DNA from: a virus | Lineage: Duplodnaviria; Caudoviricetes | Virus record (IMG/VR): IMGVR_UViG_3300020190_000004 | Length of the DNA: 64,000 nucleotides | Reading direction: 5' to 3' (one strand) | In this document: piece by piece, positions 38,977 to 48,196 of the stretch | Numbering within the stretch: the first letter of the stretch is position 1 | Layout: every line of letters begins with the position of its first letter | Translations under genes and position numbers: made by a program | Notes under the pieces: generated by a model | Told to the model about the DNA's origin: nothing | The model's input: the letters and a program-made list of their open reading frames with translations, nothing else | The model's database searches: none

Positions 38977-40208
38977 TAAAACAACACTTTTGATTTTTCT
39001 AATTTCTCTGCGAAGTCTATTCGCTTAGATATGTTATTTTGCTTTAAGAACTTACCACCAAATTCTGTCTTTTCACCTTTCACAAAACTTACAACTTCTC
39101 GAGTCCAATCACAAGCAGTTGTAACCGGTACGTTCTGGCATATATGATTCCAGTGTCCGCCTTCAACAAGTTGAAAATCATGTGGAAGACCCATTAGCCA
39201 CATTGCTTCACGAAGTGTAATTCCTCTTTCTCCGTTTGGATGAACAATTCCAGAGTTTTTGGCAATGATTGCGTTTGTAGCATCTTTAAAGACTAGCGGA
39301 GTTCCGTCCCACCAGCCTTTGTTTAAGCTGATTTTGTACTTGACGTGATTTAAGAATTTAGCAACATCTGGTGCTTCATTTTCTTCTGCCCATGCAATAC
39401 CGTCATCTAACCAGCCTTTAGATAAAATGATTTGTAAAAGGGAGTGATGGTCTTCAGATGCCATAGCTTCTTTCATTGTCATACCCTTAGACTTAACAAA
39501 ACGAACCCAAGCATTACTGGTTAAATCACCAAGGCCAAACCCGCGGTCCATTAAAGAAGTTCCTTTAGGAATGGCAGAAAGATAGTTTTCTAAGGACGGT
39601 GCTTCTTTTAATTTGTAATCAAATAGCGGAGCATCGCTGTCTTTCCAAAAGAAGTAAAAAGAACGAATACGATTTTGTGGAATACCATGTAAGAAGGTGT
39701 TTGTCTTAATTAGCGAAAAGGAATAACCAAAAGTTTCTCCAATCTCACGTAATTTGTCTACAACACCAGCGCCCATAGCAGTGTATAAACCTGGCGCATT
39801 TTCGCCCCAGAATACTTTAGGTTGAATATGTTCCAAAACAAAGCCGGCTGTTTTGTACATCCAATCATTTTGAACCGCGTCGGATCCGCGTGCTTTACCG
39901 CTTGTTCCGTTGTTTGCATTTAGCATTGAGAGGCCAGCGCATGGGCAAACCGTTGAAACAAAGTCAACGTTGCTGAACATATCACCCGGATCAACATCTT
40001 CAGGAAGCCGGTTGGTTTCAGCATCAATTATCATATACGGCGTATCTTTAAAGTAGTTTACGCAGTGAGAATCGTTTCCGCGAAATGCTTCATACGAAAT
40101 AAGGAATGCAGGTTCTTCACCGGTAGCCTCGCGATTTGCGATTGTCATTCCGCCAATAAGAGGGACTATTGAACCGTATTTAATTTTGTCTTGTTTTTTC
40201 TTTGTCAT
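38976..40208 (-). CDS. DNA cytosine-5 methyltransferase-like protein
   Basis: Motif IV CPCAGLS, VI GENAPGL, VIII PQNRIR, IX TLREAMWLMGLP, X QNVPV; divergent motif I (PLIGG). Confidence 0.8.
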   Translation of the reverse strand: MTKKKQDKIKYGSIVPLIGGMTIANREATGEEPAFLISYEAFRGNDSHCVNYFKDTPYMIIDAETNRLPEDVDPGDMFSNVDFVSTVCPCAGLSMLNANNGTSGKARGSDAVQNDWMYKTAGFVLEHIQPKVFWGENAPGLYTAMGAGVVDKLREIGETFGYSFSLIKTNTFLHGIPQNRIRSFYFFWKDSDAPLFDYKLKEAPSLENYLSAIPKGTSLMDRGFGLGDLTSNAWVRFVKSKGMTMKEAMASEDHHSLLQIILSKGWLDDGIAWAEENEAPDVAKFLNHVKYKISLNKGWWDGTPLVFKDATNAIIAKNSGIVHPNGERGITLREAMWLMGLPHDFQLVEGGHWNHICQNVPVTTACDWTREVVSFVKGEKTEFGGKFLKQNNISKRIDFAEKLEKSKVLF

Positions 40209-41596
40209 TAGAATAATGATTTAGCTTGTATGTTTTCTTTTTTAACTTTGTTATCATCGTTGAGTTCAGGAACTCTTAACACTTCTTCACTGAATCCTTT
40301 AACCATCTTTACATTAACACCGGCTCTCTCTAAGAACGGGTTAATGACATCACATAAGAATTCACCTTTACGAACACCAATTAAGAATTGCATTTGTAAT
40401 TGTTTAACTATCTGGATGCGAAGTTCAGGATCATTTTCCATTTGTTCTATTTTCTCAAACATTTCTTTTGCATCTTTAACGCGCAAGTAATGATCTTTTG
40501 GTATAAGTGAGTATTGCGTATCGTAATCTGGGTGAAAGAATGGTACTACGCCAACTCTTAACATTTCAGCATATTTACTTGTAACCCAATCAGGGCGAAT
40601 AGGAATGATTAAAGTATAGCGTGTATCTTTAAAGATAGCGTCGATTTCTTCGGGTGTTTTGTAACCCTGAAACTGTGTATAGTTCTTTGTGAAGCGCTCA
40701 TCCCATTTACCGTAAATCTTAAAGTCTTCGCTGTTTGGCTGATTAAGAATCCATTTCTTAAGAGCTTCAAGTCGGTAATCAACTTCTGCTTTGCCATAAG
40801 AAGATTGCATTGCTACAATAGCAAACTTGGTATTTCTTTCAGTACCAGGGTGTATTACTTCTTCACCAATCAGATTAAGTTTTTCAATTCCTGAGTAAGT
40901 TAATGTAAGAGGCTCAGTAATTTCAGTTCCTGTTGAAGGATTTGGGTAAGTATCAAAGTGAGTAAAGTTAATGAAACTGTTGTATTGAGCAATACACTCA
41001 CGTGGGCCGTTTATCATGTCACGCCATTTTTGGTTCTTCTTGATGTAACGAGGATCAGTCATAACCATGAACCATGGAATCTTTGACATATTTAAGTAGT
41101 GTACAAGCGGTGCACCGTAGATAAGAGTCATATCAAGAGCACCCGTCATTTTGCTTGGATCTTTAATACTTGGAATTATTCCTGGTATGTTTACCATTGT
41201 TAAACCTTGGGAAGCAAAACCAATCCCAAAGTCAGGTTGTTCTATTTCTTTAATTTTGCTCCACAGATCTTTGTAACTTTCTTGCTCTTCTTTTGTATGT
41301 GGAATAAGAACTCCGTCTGCTCCCTGTCGACGCCCAGGAGATACCTTTACATTGTATTCCATGTAAATGTCTCTAAGTACTCCACGCGGATCGAATGCAA
41401 TTTTTTCTTCACTAGATAGTTTCTTCCAGTCACTGCGTTGCAGAATCCACACTTCGGAAACATTAGGGTTTCTAACCAGCCCGTAAAACAATTTGTAGTA
41501 CTCCGAGGTACCGTCCGCTCTTTTAATGTTTTCTTTGCGGAATTTCATTGCTGAACCTATCGGAAAAACAGCGATCTTGAGATTATCAGTCTTCAT
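40208..41596 (-). CDS. GT-B glycosyltransferase, T4 DNA beta-glucosyltransferase-like
   Basis: C-terminal YTLIIPIRPDWVTSKYAEMLRVGVVPFFHPDYD...VKDAKEMFEKIEQMENDPELR parallels the T4 BGT C-terminal pattern (recalled, unverified). Confidence 0.55.
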   Translation of the reverse strand: MKTDNLKIAVFPIGSAMKFRKENIKRADGTSEYYKLFYGLVRNPNVSEVWILQRSDWKKLSSEEKIAFDPRGVLRDIYMEYNVKVSPGRRQGADGVLIPHTKEEQESYKDLWSKIKEIEQPDFGIGFASQGLTMVNIPGIIPSIKDPSKMTGALDMTLIYGAPLVHYLNMSKIPWFMVMTDPRYIKKNQKWRDMINGPRECIAQYNSFINFTHFDTYPNPSTGTEITEPLTLTYSGIEKLNLIGEEVIHPGTERNTKFAIVAMQSSYGKAEVDYRLEALKKWILNQPNSEDFKIYGKWDERFTKNYTQFQGYKTPEEIDAIFKDTRYTLIIPIRPDWVTSKYAEMLRVGVVPFFHPDYDTQYSLIPKDHYLRVKDAKEMFEKIEQMENDPELRIQIVKQLQMQFLIGVRKGEFLCDVINPFLERAGVNVKMVKGFSEEVLRVPELNDDNKVKKENIQAKSLF

Positions 41597-41620
41597 GTTA
41601 ATTGATTTCTATATTATTTA

Positions 41621-41650
41621 TTTCTATACATTTCAAGGAAAAAAATTCTT
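41621..41650 (-). promoter_or_regulatory. Class-II promoter variant AAGAATT-N13-TGTATAGAAA
   Basis: Imperfect match. Confidence 0.4.
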
Positions 41651-42317
41651 AACGGACCACGTGATTAATATCAGAATAACTTTTACGTTGTAAAACTTGG
41701 TACGGCCACATAACTAAGTAACGATGTGCATTGTGTTTATCATCTCGAGCAACTTTTCTAAGAGCGCGGTCTGCGTAATAACCTCTTTTCTCAACTTCTT
41801 TCATTGCAGCAAACCAATCAGGGGCATTCTTAATTATGTATGCATGCGAGTTCCAAACGCTAATTGCTTTCTCAAAACCTGGTAAAAATGCTTCTCTCTT
41901 GTCACCTTTAGTATTCTTAAGACCGCCCAGGTAAATGATATTCCAATCATTAGTGATTGTTAAAGATTCATTTACACAGTTCCAAAATTCATTGGGGTTC
42001 TCAATTTGAAAATCATCCTCTAACACGATAAATGCTTTATCACCGGACTTTCCGTAATTCTTAACGATGTGTTCGTAAACCTTTAAGTGTGATAAACCAC
42101 AAGCAACGTTTCCGTATTGAGCGCGTTTGTCTTTAGTTCTGTACTTATACTCACGATTAACCATATCATCAAGAAGATCCGTTGAAAAGAGCTTCCAATT
42201 GACTGCTTCTATAAACTCATAGTCATTAAAGCCTATTTTTTCAAATTCACGAATGCACTCTTGTCTGCGATCTTGCCGGTGAGGCAGATTGATCACGTAC
42301 ACTTTTTCTATTTTCAT
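41649..42317 (-). CDS. GT25-family glycosyltransferase
   Basis: VYVINLPHRQDRR, FIEAVN, ACGLSHLKVY, IVLEDD. Confidence 0.85.
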   Translation of the reverse strand: MKIEKVYVINLPHRQDRRQECIREFEKIGFNDYEFIEAVNWKLFSTDLLDDMVNREYKYRTKDKRAQYGNVACGLSHLKVYEHIVKNYGKSGDKAFIVLEDDFQIENPNEFWNCVNESLTITNDWNIIYLGGLKNTKGDKREAFLPGFEKAISVWNSHAYIIKNAPDWFAAMKEVEKRGYYADRALRKVARDDKHNAHRYLVMWPYQVLQRKSYSDINHVVR

Positions 42318-43710
42318 AAAGAAGTTCTTTAATTAAATTTGTTCCTTTTGCTTTCTTTTTCCAATCGCTTAACCAGCCGTCAATATCGTAATGTTTTTTC
42401 ATTGCGTCAAGTATCTTTTTTCTTTCACTTTCGTTCTTGTCATAATACTCAACTACTTGGCGTAATTCTTCTGCATTCTTAACAGTCAGTTTATCTTGGA
42501 ATTCCTTAGGAATCCACAAGTAATCCTGGTCATACAAGTAGTCAAAGATAGGAAGTACATCAAAGTATAAGTATTGAATATGTCGGTAGGTTAAACCTCC
42601 GTTAGCTGATACGTTTCTTGCAATAAAAGCTGTTTTACATTTCTTAAGAACGTTCATATACTCAGAGTTTGGCATAAAGTCACCGCAGAAGTTAGGGTGC
42701 GCAGAAACCTCAGCGCCCATTTTTTCAAATGAATCTTTATCCATTCCGTAAATAAGACTAACCTTAAAGTAGAGCTGAGAACCAGCATAATCATAGTCTT
42801 TAAAGAAATCTTGCCAGATGTATTTTCTTAATCCTTTATCGTTAAGAAGCGAACCTGCGAAGAAAAAGGGAATCTTCTTGTCACTGCTAAAGAAATCATC
42901 AAGTAAGTTCTTTTTCTCCGGTTTAATGCCTTTCCAAACAGGTTCATAAACCAAATGCTGCAGTTCAGTAAACGGAGAAGCAAAGAAATCACGAGTATGT
43001 CGATGATCATCAGAGTAATACCAAAACTTGTGGTCAAGACCTTTGTGTTTAAAGAATGGAATAGCAGCAGAAGGATCAATCAACATGATATGAACTTTTG
43101 CTTCGTTCATCTTAGAGACTTGCTCAACCACTGAAAGCATTACGTTTTTGTACATATAACGAAAAGCAAGCGGTGAAAAAGATTTAGCGGTTACATCAAA
43201 GAGCTTGTGATTAAGTTTTTCAATCTCAGACAGTACTTCCGGATCATCATCTTCAAAGGTGTCAAAGTAATCATTAAACAGATCACGCAGTTTAGGATGG
43301 TTTGACAGTGGGTTGAAAGGCAACATCAAGTTGTGATTGTCAATAATCATGATGTTATCAAACTCCGGTTCGTTGACAAAAAACTCACGTATAGATGAAT
43401 CAATCTTGTCTTGATTGTAAACATCAGAAGTTTCTAATTCTTTTTTTCTCTTTAGGTTATCTTCCTTAAACTTGTGATAAACCGCTTTATTCATGCGATA
43501 AACATTAGTCATGCCTAAATTCTCAATAGCCTTAAGGCCACCTTCATAAAAGAAGTATACATTATACTCTTCTTTAAGAAGTTCAACAAGTGGAAAAACA
43601 TAACCGTAAGTATATTCACGAGTCTCTAATTGTGAAACTGTAATTAGGATGTTCTTTTTCTTTGGGTCGTTTTCAACAAACTTGTTCTTTTCAAATGTTA
43701 ATTTACTCAT
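42247..43710 (-). CDS. Second GT-B glycosyltransferase, BGT-like
   Basis: FFFAGS; GLTYRHIQYLYFDVLPIFDYLYD...TVKNAEELRQVV; likely start MSKLTF at 43710. Confidence 0.5.
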   Translation of the reverse strand: MSKLTFEKNKFVENDPKKKNILITVSQLETREYTYGYVFPLVELLKEEYNVYFFYEGGLKAIENLGMTNVYRMNKAVYHKFKEDNLKRKKELETSDVYNQDKIDSSIREFFVNEPEFDNIMIIDNHNLMLPFNPLSNHPKLRDLFNDYFDTFEDDDPEVLSEIEKLNHKLFDVTAKSFSPLAFRYMYKNVMLSVVEQVSKMNEAKVHIMLIDPSAAIPFFKHKGLDHKFWYYSDDHRHTRDFFASPFTELQHLVYEPVWKGIKPEKKNLLDDFFSSDKKIPFFFAGSLLNDKGLRKYIWQDFFKDYDYAGSQLYFKVSLIYGMDKDSFEKMGAEVSAHPNFCGDFMPNSEYMNVLKKCKTAFIARNVSANGGLTYRHIQYLYFDVLPIFDYLYDQDYLWIPKEFQDKLTVKNAEELRQVVEYYDKNESERKKILDAMKKHYDIDGWLSDWKKKAKGTNLIKELLYENRKSVRDQSASPARSQTRVHS

Positions 43711-43711
43711 G

Positions 43712-44491
43712 TTAGAATAGTTTACGTGCTTGGTACTTAAGTGTTGATATCTCAACGCTCTTGGGTTGCTTAAATGAATTTATGAAAGATTGCATTGAAG
43801 AGTATCCTATCTTCTTAACAACCGCATCATATTTATTTCTTATCTGCTTACGAATTTCTTCATATTCTTTTTCACGATCACGCTCTTCATAAATCACGCT
43901 ATCAGCATAGCTGTGGTCAAAGAGGCAATACTTTTCAATTTCATAGTAGGAATACCCACTTGTCATTGCTTGCATAGCAAAATCTACATCTTCAAGACTT
44001 TGTAGGTTTTCATCAAAGTACAAATCTTTTATGCCTTGTATAAAAAAAGCACCAGTAGCAAAAAGGGTCTTTCTTTTAAAGTTAAGCGTATCAGGAAGTG
44101 ACTTATCACGAGCATGCCCATGAGGTATAAAACCAACAAGATTCCATGTTGTATGATTACTTAATTCATTTGCTATATTTATGAAAAGGTCAACAGCATA
44201 TAATTTGCTGGTTATGTCATTATCCATAAACATGCACATGCTATCACCAGATTGGTAAAAGTGCTTTAATAAGACGTTTCTTGCTGCAGAAGGCCCTTTA
44301 GCGGGTGCGTCTATGTAATGCACTTTATCGTGCAACATTTTTAAGTCAGATGGGTATTCTTGAGAACACAGTATGATTTGTGTAATCTTATCAGATGCTA
44401 ACAACCACTCAAGTTGAGCATTTTGCTTAGCAACTCTTTTTGCTATGAGTTTAGGTTCTCTACCCAAATAAGAAGGAATGTAAACTTTCAT
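43712..44491 (-). CDS. GT-A glycosyltransferase resembling T-even glucosyl-hmC glucosyltransferase / TET-associated GT
   Basis: MKVYIPSYLGR, GPSAARN, MFMDND, LEDVDF. Confidence 0.6.
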   Translation of the reverse strand: MKVYIPSYLGREPKLIAKRVAKQNAQLEWLLASDKITQIILCSQEYPSDLKMLHDKVHYIDAPAKGPSAARNVLLKHFYQSGDSMCMFMDNDITSKLYAVDLFINIANELSNHTTWNLVGFIPHGHARDKSLPDTLNFKRKTLFATGAFFIQGIKDLYFDENLQSLEDVDFAMQAMTSGYSYYEIEKYCLFDHSYADSVIYEERDREKEYEEIRKQIRNKYDAVVKKIGYSSMQSFINSFKQPKSVEISTLKYQARKLF

Positions 44492-44519
44492 AGATAAGTT
44501 ATTTGGGTATATATATGTT

Positions 44520-46088
44520 CTACATTTGTGCGATTAAATTCTTTGCCCTGACATAGAATGCTGTTTGTCTTTTGCGATCATCAGGATGAAAAGGAATGGC
44601 TGTAACAAGAAGAAGAATAGCAAGTTTCTTTAATAGAGTTACATCATATCCTAAATTATGTAATTCAGTTTCCAAGAACTTAGACAAGTCTTGGGTTCCA
44701 GGAACCCAATCAATTTCAAGAGTTGTATCTTCAATTTTGTAACGATTTGCCATAATCATTGCGTACCCACAGTAAAAATCTTGTAAGAGTTTTGCCATGT
44801 CATAGCGCATATCACCTTCGTTCCAATAGAAACCACCAAACTCACCACGAGGATCAACAAACTTAATGTTACCACTGTGTGGGTCATATATAATGTTGCC
44901 CAAATGAGAATCTCCATGCATGCAAGAAGACCAAGCAGGGTCTTTAACTAATTCTAGCGAAGTATCAAGAAGAAAAGATTCAAGTTCGGTATCACGATGA
45001 CCAAGTACTTCCCAAATATCTTCTAACCTGTTAGAAGTTTTTATGTAATATGCTTCAAGACATAATTGTGCTTCTTCACCTTTTGGCTTAAATGAAAGAT
45101 TAGTATAAAACACACTGTGATGAACCTTTAAGATCTTGCGAATAATATCATGCCAAATATCGGTTCTTAAGTTGTCATAAACAAGAACCTCATTAAGAGC
45201 AGTACCAGGCTCAAGTGTCATTCTTAAAGAACCAGCTTCGCTCTTCAAAATCCTTGGACAAAAGAGAGATTGCTTTTCATCGAGATTTTCAAACCAGTTC
45301 TTTTCCGCTTGTATCTTTTGTTGTTTTTCAGGATCCTGAGATGTTTTAGTTACTGTGCCAAAAAATGTATCAACTTCAATCTTGTTAAAAGAACGAGCAG
45401 TTCTCTTAAGCAATCTTGCTTTAGACTCATAGTAAGTATTAAGTTCACCGCAATCATACCATTCTTCAGCAAAGGCAAGTTCCATGGGTCCGTCCTTTTT
45501 CATGTAAGATTCCAAGAGTGCCGCGATTTGGTATTCACCTTTATGAGTAGGTTTTGACATGCCCTTTTCCATCCCATGATTAAAAGCTTTACGGTCAGTA
45601 AAGTTATACACACCAATAATAGCAGAATCTGTAGGCACTTGTCCGTCAGGCTTATCATACAGTTTTCCGTCTGCATCAACCAAACACCAGCGATGTGGGT
45701 CAGAAACTCTATGGACGGCCAGAAAAGACCTGTTGTAATTAAAATCGTCCAGGCAAATGGTATCACCTAACCAAATAGTTACGTTGCTTGAGAAGTCTTT
45801 TAATTGCTTATACCCGATGTCTATTGCGTGAAGCGGCCCAAGTTTTTCTTCTTGCACATAGCAACGAATGTTTTTGTCAGGATAAACCCGACTTACAAAT
45901 TCTCTGATGTCACCCAATTCATTTTCAACAATGACAACTTCAGATACATCTTGCTTTTCATATATCTTTTCTATGATATAAGATATTAGAGGACGACCGT
46001 TTACGGGTATCATTGCTTTACTTACACCTCGGGACAGAGGTTTCATGCGAGTAGCAAGGCCAGCGGCCGGAATAATTACGCTTCTCAT
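44520..46088 (-). CDS. Sugar nucleotidyltransferase fused to an APH/choline-kinase-like domain
   Basis: IIPAAGLATRMKPLS...KAMIPVNGRP; HGDSHLGNI, KFVDPRG, YDMAKL. Confidence 0.85.
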   Translation of the reverse strand: MRSVIIPAAGLATRMKPLSRGVSKAMIPVNGRPLISYIIEKIYEKQDVSEVVIVENELGDIREFVSRVYPDKNIRCYVQEEKLGPLHAIDIGYKQLKDFSSNVTIWLGDTICLDDFNYNRSFLAVHRVSDPHRWCLVDADGKLYDKPDGQVPTDSAIIGVYNFTDRKAFNHGMEKGMSKPTHKGEYQIAALLESYMKKDGPMELAFAEEWYDCGELNTYYESKARLLKRTARSFNKIEVDTFFGTVTKTSQDPEKQQKIQAEKNWFENLDEKQSLFCPRILKSEAGSLRMTLEPGTALNEVLVYDNLRTDIWHDIIRKILKVHHSVFYTNLSFKPKGEEAQLCLEAYYIKTSNRLEDIWEVLGHRDTELESFLLDTSLELVKDPAWSSCMHGDSHLGNIIYDPHSGNIKFVDPRGEFGGFYWNEGDMRYDMAKLLQDFYCGYAMIMANRYKIEDTTLEIDWVPGTQDLSKFLETELHNLGYDVTLLKKLAILLLVTAIPFHPDDRKRQTAFYVRAKNLIAQM

Positions 46089-46477
46089 ATTTTATTTTCA
46101 GCTTTTATGATATTCTCAAAAAATTCAGGGTTATCAAGTACAAAAGACTTGAGCGATAGGTTGCGGTTATCAACATAAATAGGGTTTTCTCCCCAAGGTT
46201 TTCCCATGATGAGGCGGTCAAATCTCACACCGTGCTTTAATAGCCATTCATCGAGAACGGGAGCTGTATTTTTATAGATAGCCTTAATGTTGCCTTTATG
46301 CGTTCGCATTCCTCGGGCAGAAAAAAGAATGATTGTATTTCCCGCTTCGTGTAATTCATTAATTCGTTCAATAACACGAGGAAAGGGGGTTGCGTTAGGG
46401 TAATCGTAGGTTCCGTCTTCTTGCTTTTCTGCGTGACAGATGGTTCCGTCGACATCAAGTATGTATGTGTTTGGCAT
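46085..46477 (-). CDS. HAD-family phosphatase (capsule-biosynthesis type)
   Basis: ILDVDGTIC, FSARG, MGKP, YVDN; likely start MPNTY at 46477. Confidence 0.85.
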   Translation of the reverse strand: MPNTYILDVDGTICHAEKQEDGTYDYPNATPFPRVIERINELHEAGNTIILFSARGMRTHKGNIKAIYKNTAPVLDEWLLKHGVRFDRLIMGKPWGENPIYVDNRNLSLKSFVLDNPEFFENIIKAENKI

Positions 46478-46496
46478 AGTATTAAGTTTTCTATAA

Positions 46497-46525
46497 TTTA
46501 TATACAAATTTTGTAAATAGTTCCT
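46497..46525 (-). promoter_or_regulatory. Class-II promoter AGGAACT-N12-TGTATATAAA heading the sugar/GT operon
   Basis: Recurrent bipartite motif. Confidence 0.6.
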
Positions 46526-46592
46526 AAATAGTACAAAAAGAGGACATCTAGTGTCCTCCATTGAATGTTATCTATTTTGTATGGGTATTCCA

Positions 46593-46790
46593 TTATTCTG
46601 TTGGGCTTGAGTTCTTTAGAATGTCTTTTTTGTTTTTGTATTCTTTCCAGAACTCACCAAGATAGTCAATGCTTTCTTTAGATCCGATAAAGGCGTCTGC
46701 ATTCATGTAGTAATTTATGTTATCTGGCGTTTCCTCTAGTTCCTTTTTTATGTTCTCAAGTGAACGAAGATATTTCTTATTGAATCCCAT
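46593..46790 (-). CDS. Hypothetical protein
   Basis: 65-aa ORF. Confidence 0.45.
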   Translation of the reverse strand: MGFNKKYLRSLENIKKELEETPDNINYYMNADAFIGSKESIDYLGEFWKEYKNKKDILKNSSPTE

Positions 46791-47211
46791 ATTGTTTATA
46801 TTTTTCTTTTTCTGTTAGTTCCTTAACTACATTTTCAATGTCTGCTCTTCTCCACTTAAAACTAACAGGATGTGGCAACTTTGCATCAGGCAAAAAGTTT
46901 AAGTCTTCGCATGCTTTATGAGCTTGCGAACTAAACGCAAGTACTGCAAACCATTTATCATGTTCGAGAGTTTTCTTCACCCAATCCAAGTCAGTAGGAA
47001 ACTTTTGGTTTTTGTCAGTTCCTATAAGAGGCGTACACTCTCCAAAGAACAGTTCAAAGTGTGGCTCAAGATACGGAACAATTCTGCTGTATGTTGCATT
47101 TTTACGACTAATAATGCGTGTATCATAAACAGGCCTGCTTAGCCGCCTTCCGCTCATCTGCTTGCTTCCATAGAAGTTTTGCAGCAGTATAAGTATCTTA
47201 GGCTTTTTCAT
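46777..47211 (-). CDS. Possible uracil-DNA-glycosylase-superfamily protein
   Basis: ILILLQN, VLAFSSQA, LPHPVS; likely start MKKPK at 47211. Confidence 0.35.
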   Translation of the reverse strand: MKKPKILILLQNFYGSKQMSGRRLSRPVYDTRIISRKNATYSRIVPYLEPHFELFFGECTPLIGTDKNQKFPTDLDWVKKTLEHDKWFAVLAFSSQAHKACEDLNFLPDAKLPHPVSFKWRRADIENVVKELTEKEKYKQYGIQ

Positions 47212-47446
47212 TCTTCTTAACCGCGTTATGTAAAGAACCTGGCGCTGAAGAATCTTGCATAGTGTTATCAAGCGATCCTGCTACCATCGTCTCGTGATTA
47301 GGAACTGTGCCTACATACACAGGAATTATTCCCGTGTAACTAGGTGTACAAACGTAGATAAAGTTTTCGGTTGTTCCAGCAAAAGAAACGTTGCTTGGGT
47401 TTGCTGCTTTGTAATCGTAGTTTTTACTCATGTTAAAATAATTCAT
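47198..47446 (-). CDS. Hypothetical protein
   Basis: 82-aa ORF overlapping both neighbours. Confidence 0.4.
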   Translation of the reverse strand: MNYFNMSKNYDYKAANPSNVSFAGTTENFIYVCTPSYTGIIPVYVGTVPNHETMVAGSLDNTMQDSSAPGSLHNAVKKNEKA

Positions 47447-48032
47447 TTGTTTCGCTCATTCTTTTGAGCAGCTGACGCCCTCTTTGCAATTTATACCAAA
47501 CATCTTGTTCTTTACATCCAATTTCTTCAGCAATTTCTGCATGCGAAGAATCTTTAAAGTACTTCATTGTAATTGCTTTAGCAAGGTCAGTAGGAAGACG
47601 ATTAATTAAAGTCTTTACCAGCTGTGAAGTTCTCTCACGATCCACATTGGTGTCAAAGTTATGTGTGTCAGGTTTAGCAACAGCTTCTCGTTGATTGTCC
47701 TCAAGAGAATATGTTTCTACCCTCTTCTTCTGCTTAGGAATAGAGTTTACATAGTTATGAAGACACGCAACCATCCAGGTAAAGAGCTTTGACTTTTCAG
47801 GTTCATACTGATTAAGTTTTAGAAAAGCGTTTCCCAAAACTATCATGGTGATATCTTCAAGATCTTCAGGATCTCGGTAAGGCAAACGTCTTTTTGCTGC
47901 GGTATAGAGAATAGGTTTATACTTCTGAAGCAGAATGTTATAGGCTTTTTGGTTTCCGCTAATAGCTTCTTTAACTAATTCTTTATCCTCTTCGTGCGTA
48001 GTATATGCAACGCTTTTTCTCATCTTTGCCAT
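47433..48032 (-). CDS. ECF-type RNA polymerase sigma factor
   Basis: Region 2 (GNQKAYNILLQKY...AFLKLNQYEPEKSKLFTWM) and region 4 (INRLP...SHAEIAEEIG...LQRGRQLL). Confidence 0.9.
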   Translation of the reverse strand: MAKMRKSVAYTTHEEDKELVKEAISGNQKAYNILLQKYKPILYTAAKRRLPYRDPEDLEDITMIVLGNAFLKLNQYEPEKSKLFTWMVACLHNYVNSIPKQKKRVETYSLEDNQREAVAKPDTHNFDTNVDRERTSQLVKTLINRLPTDLAKAITMKYFKDSSHAEIAEEIGCKEQDVWYKLQRGRQLLKRMSETNELF

Positions 48033-48050
48033 TAAACCTTTATTTAAGAC

Positions 48051-48079
48051 TTATATACTTAAAATGTCATTTAGTTCTT
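48051..48079 (-). promoter_or_regulatory. Class-II promoter AAGAACT-N12-AAGTATATAA upstream of the ECF sigma gene
   Basis: Recurrent bipartite motif. Confidence 0.6.
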
Positions 48080-48080
48080 A

Positions 48081-48105
48081 AAAGAAAAAGGCCCAGGACC
48101 CTTTT
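48081..48105 (-). terminator. Probable intrinsic terminator downstream of TROVE
   Basis: AAAAGGGTC-CTG-GGCCTTTTT then T-rich. Confidence 0.5.
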
Positions 48106-48196
48106 GATTATCCCCAACCACGACCACTCCAGATCATGGCTTTTATTCTTTGTTCTTCAAGCCATTGCAGATACTTGACTATTCTTCTTAGCGTTT

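Noticed and set aside
48120-48149. Micro-ORF MIWSGRGWG downstream of TROVE
   Set aside because: Only 9 codons with no supporting evidence; may be part of a 3' UTR.
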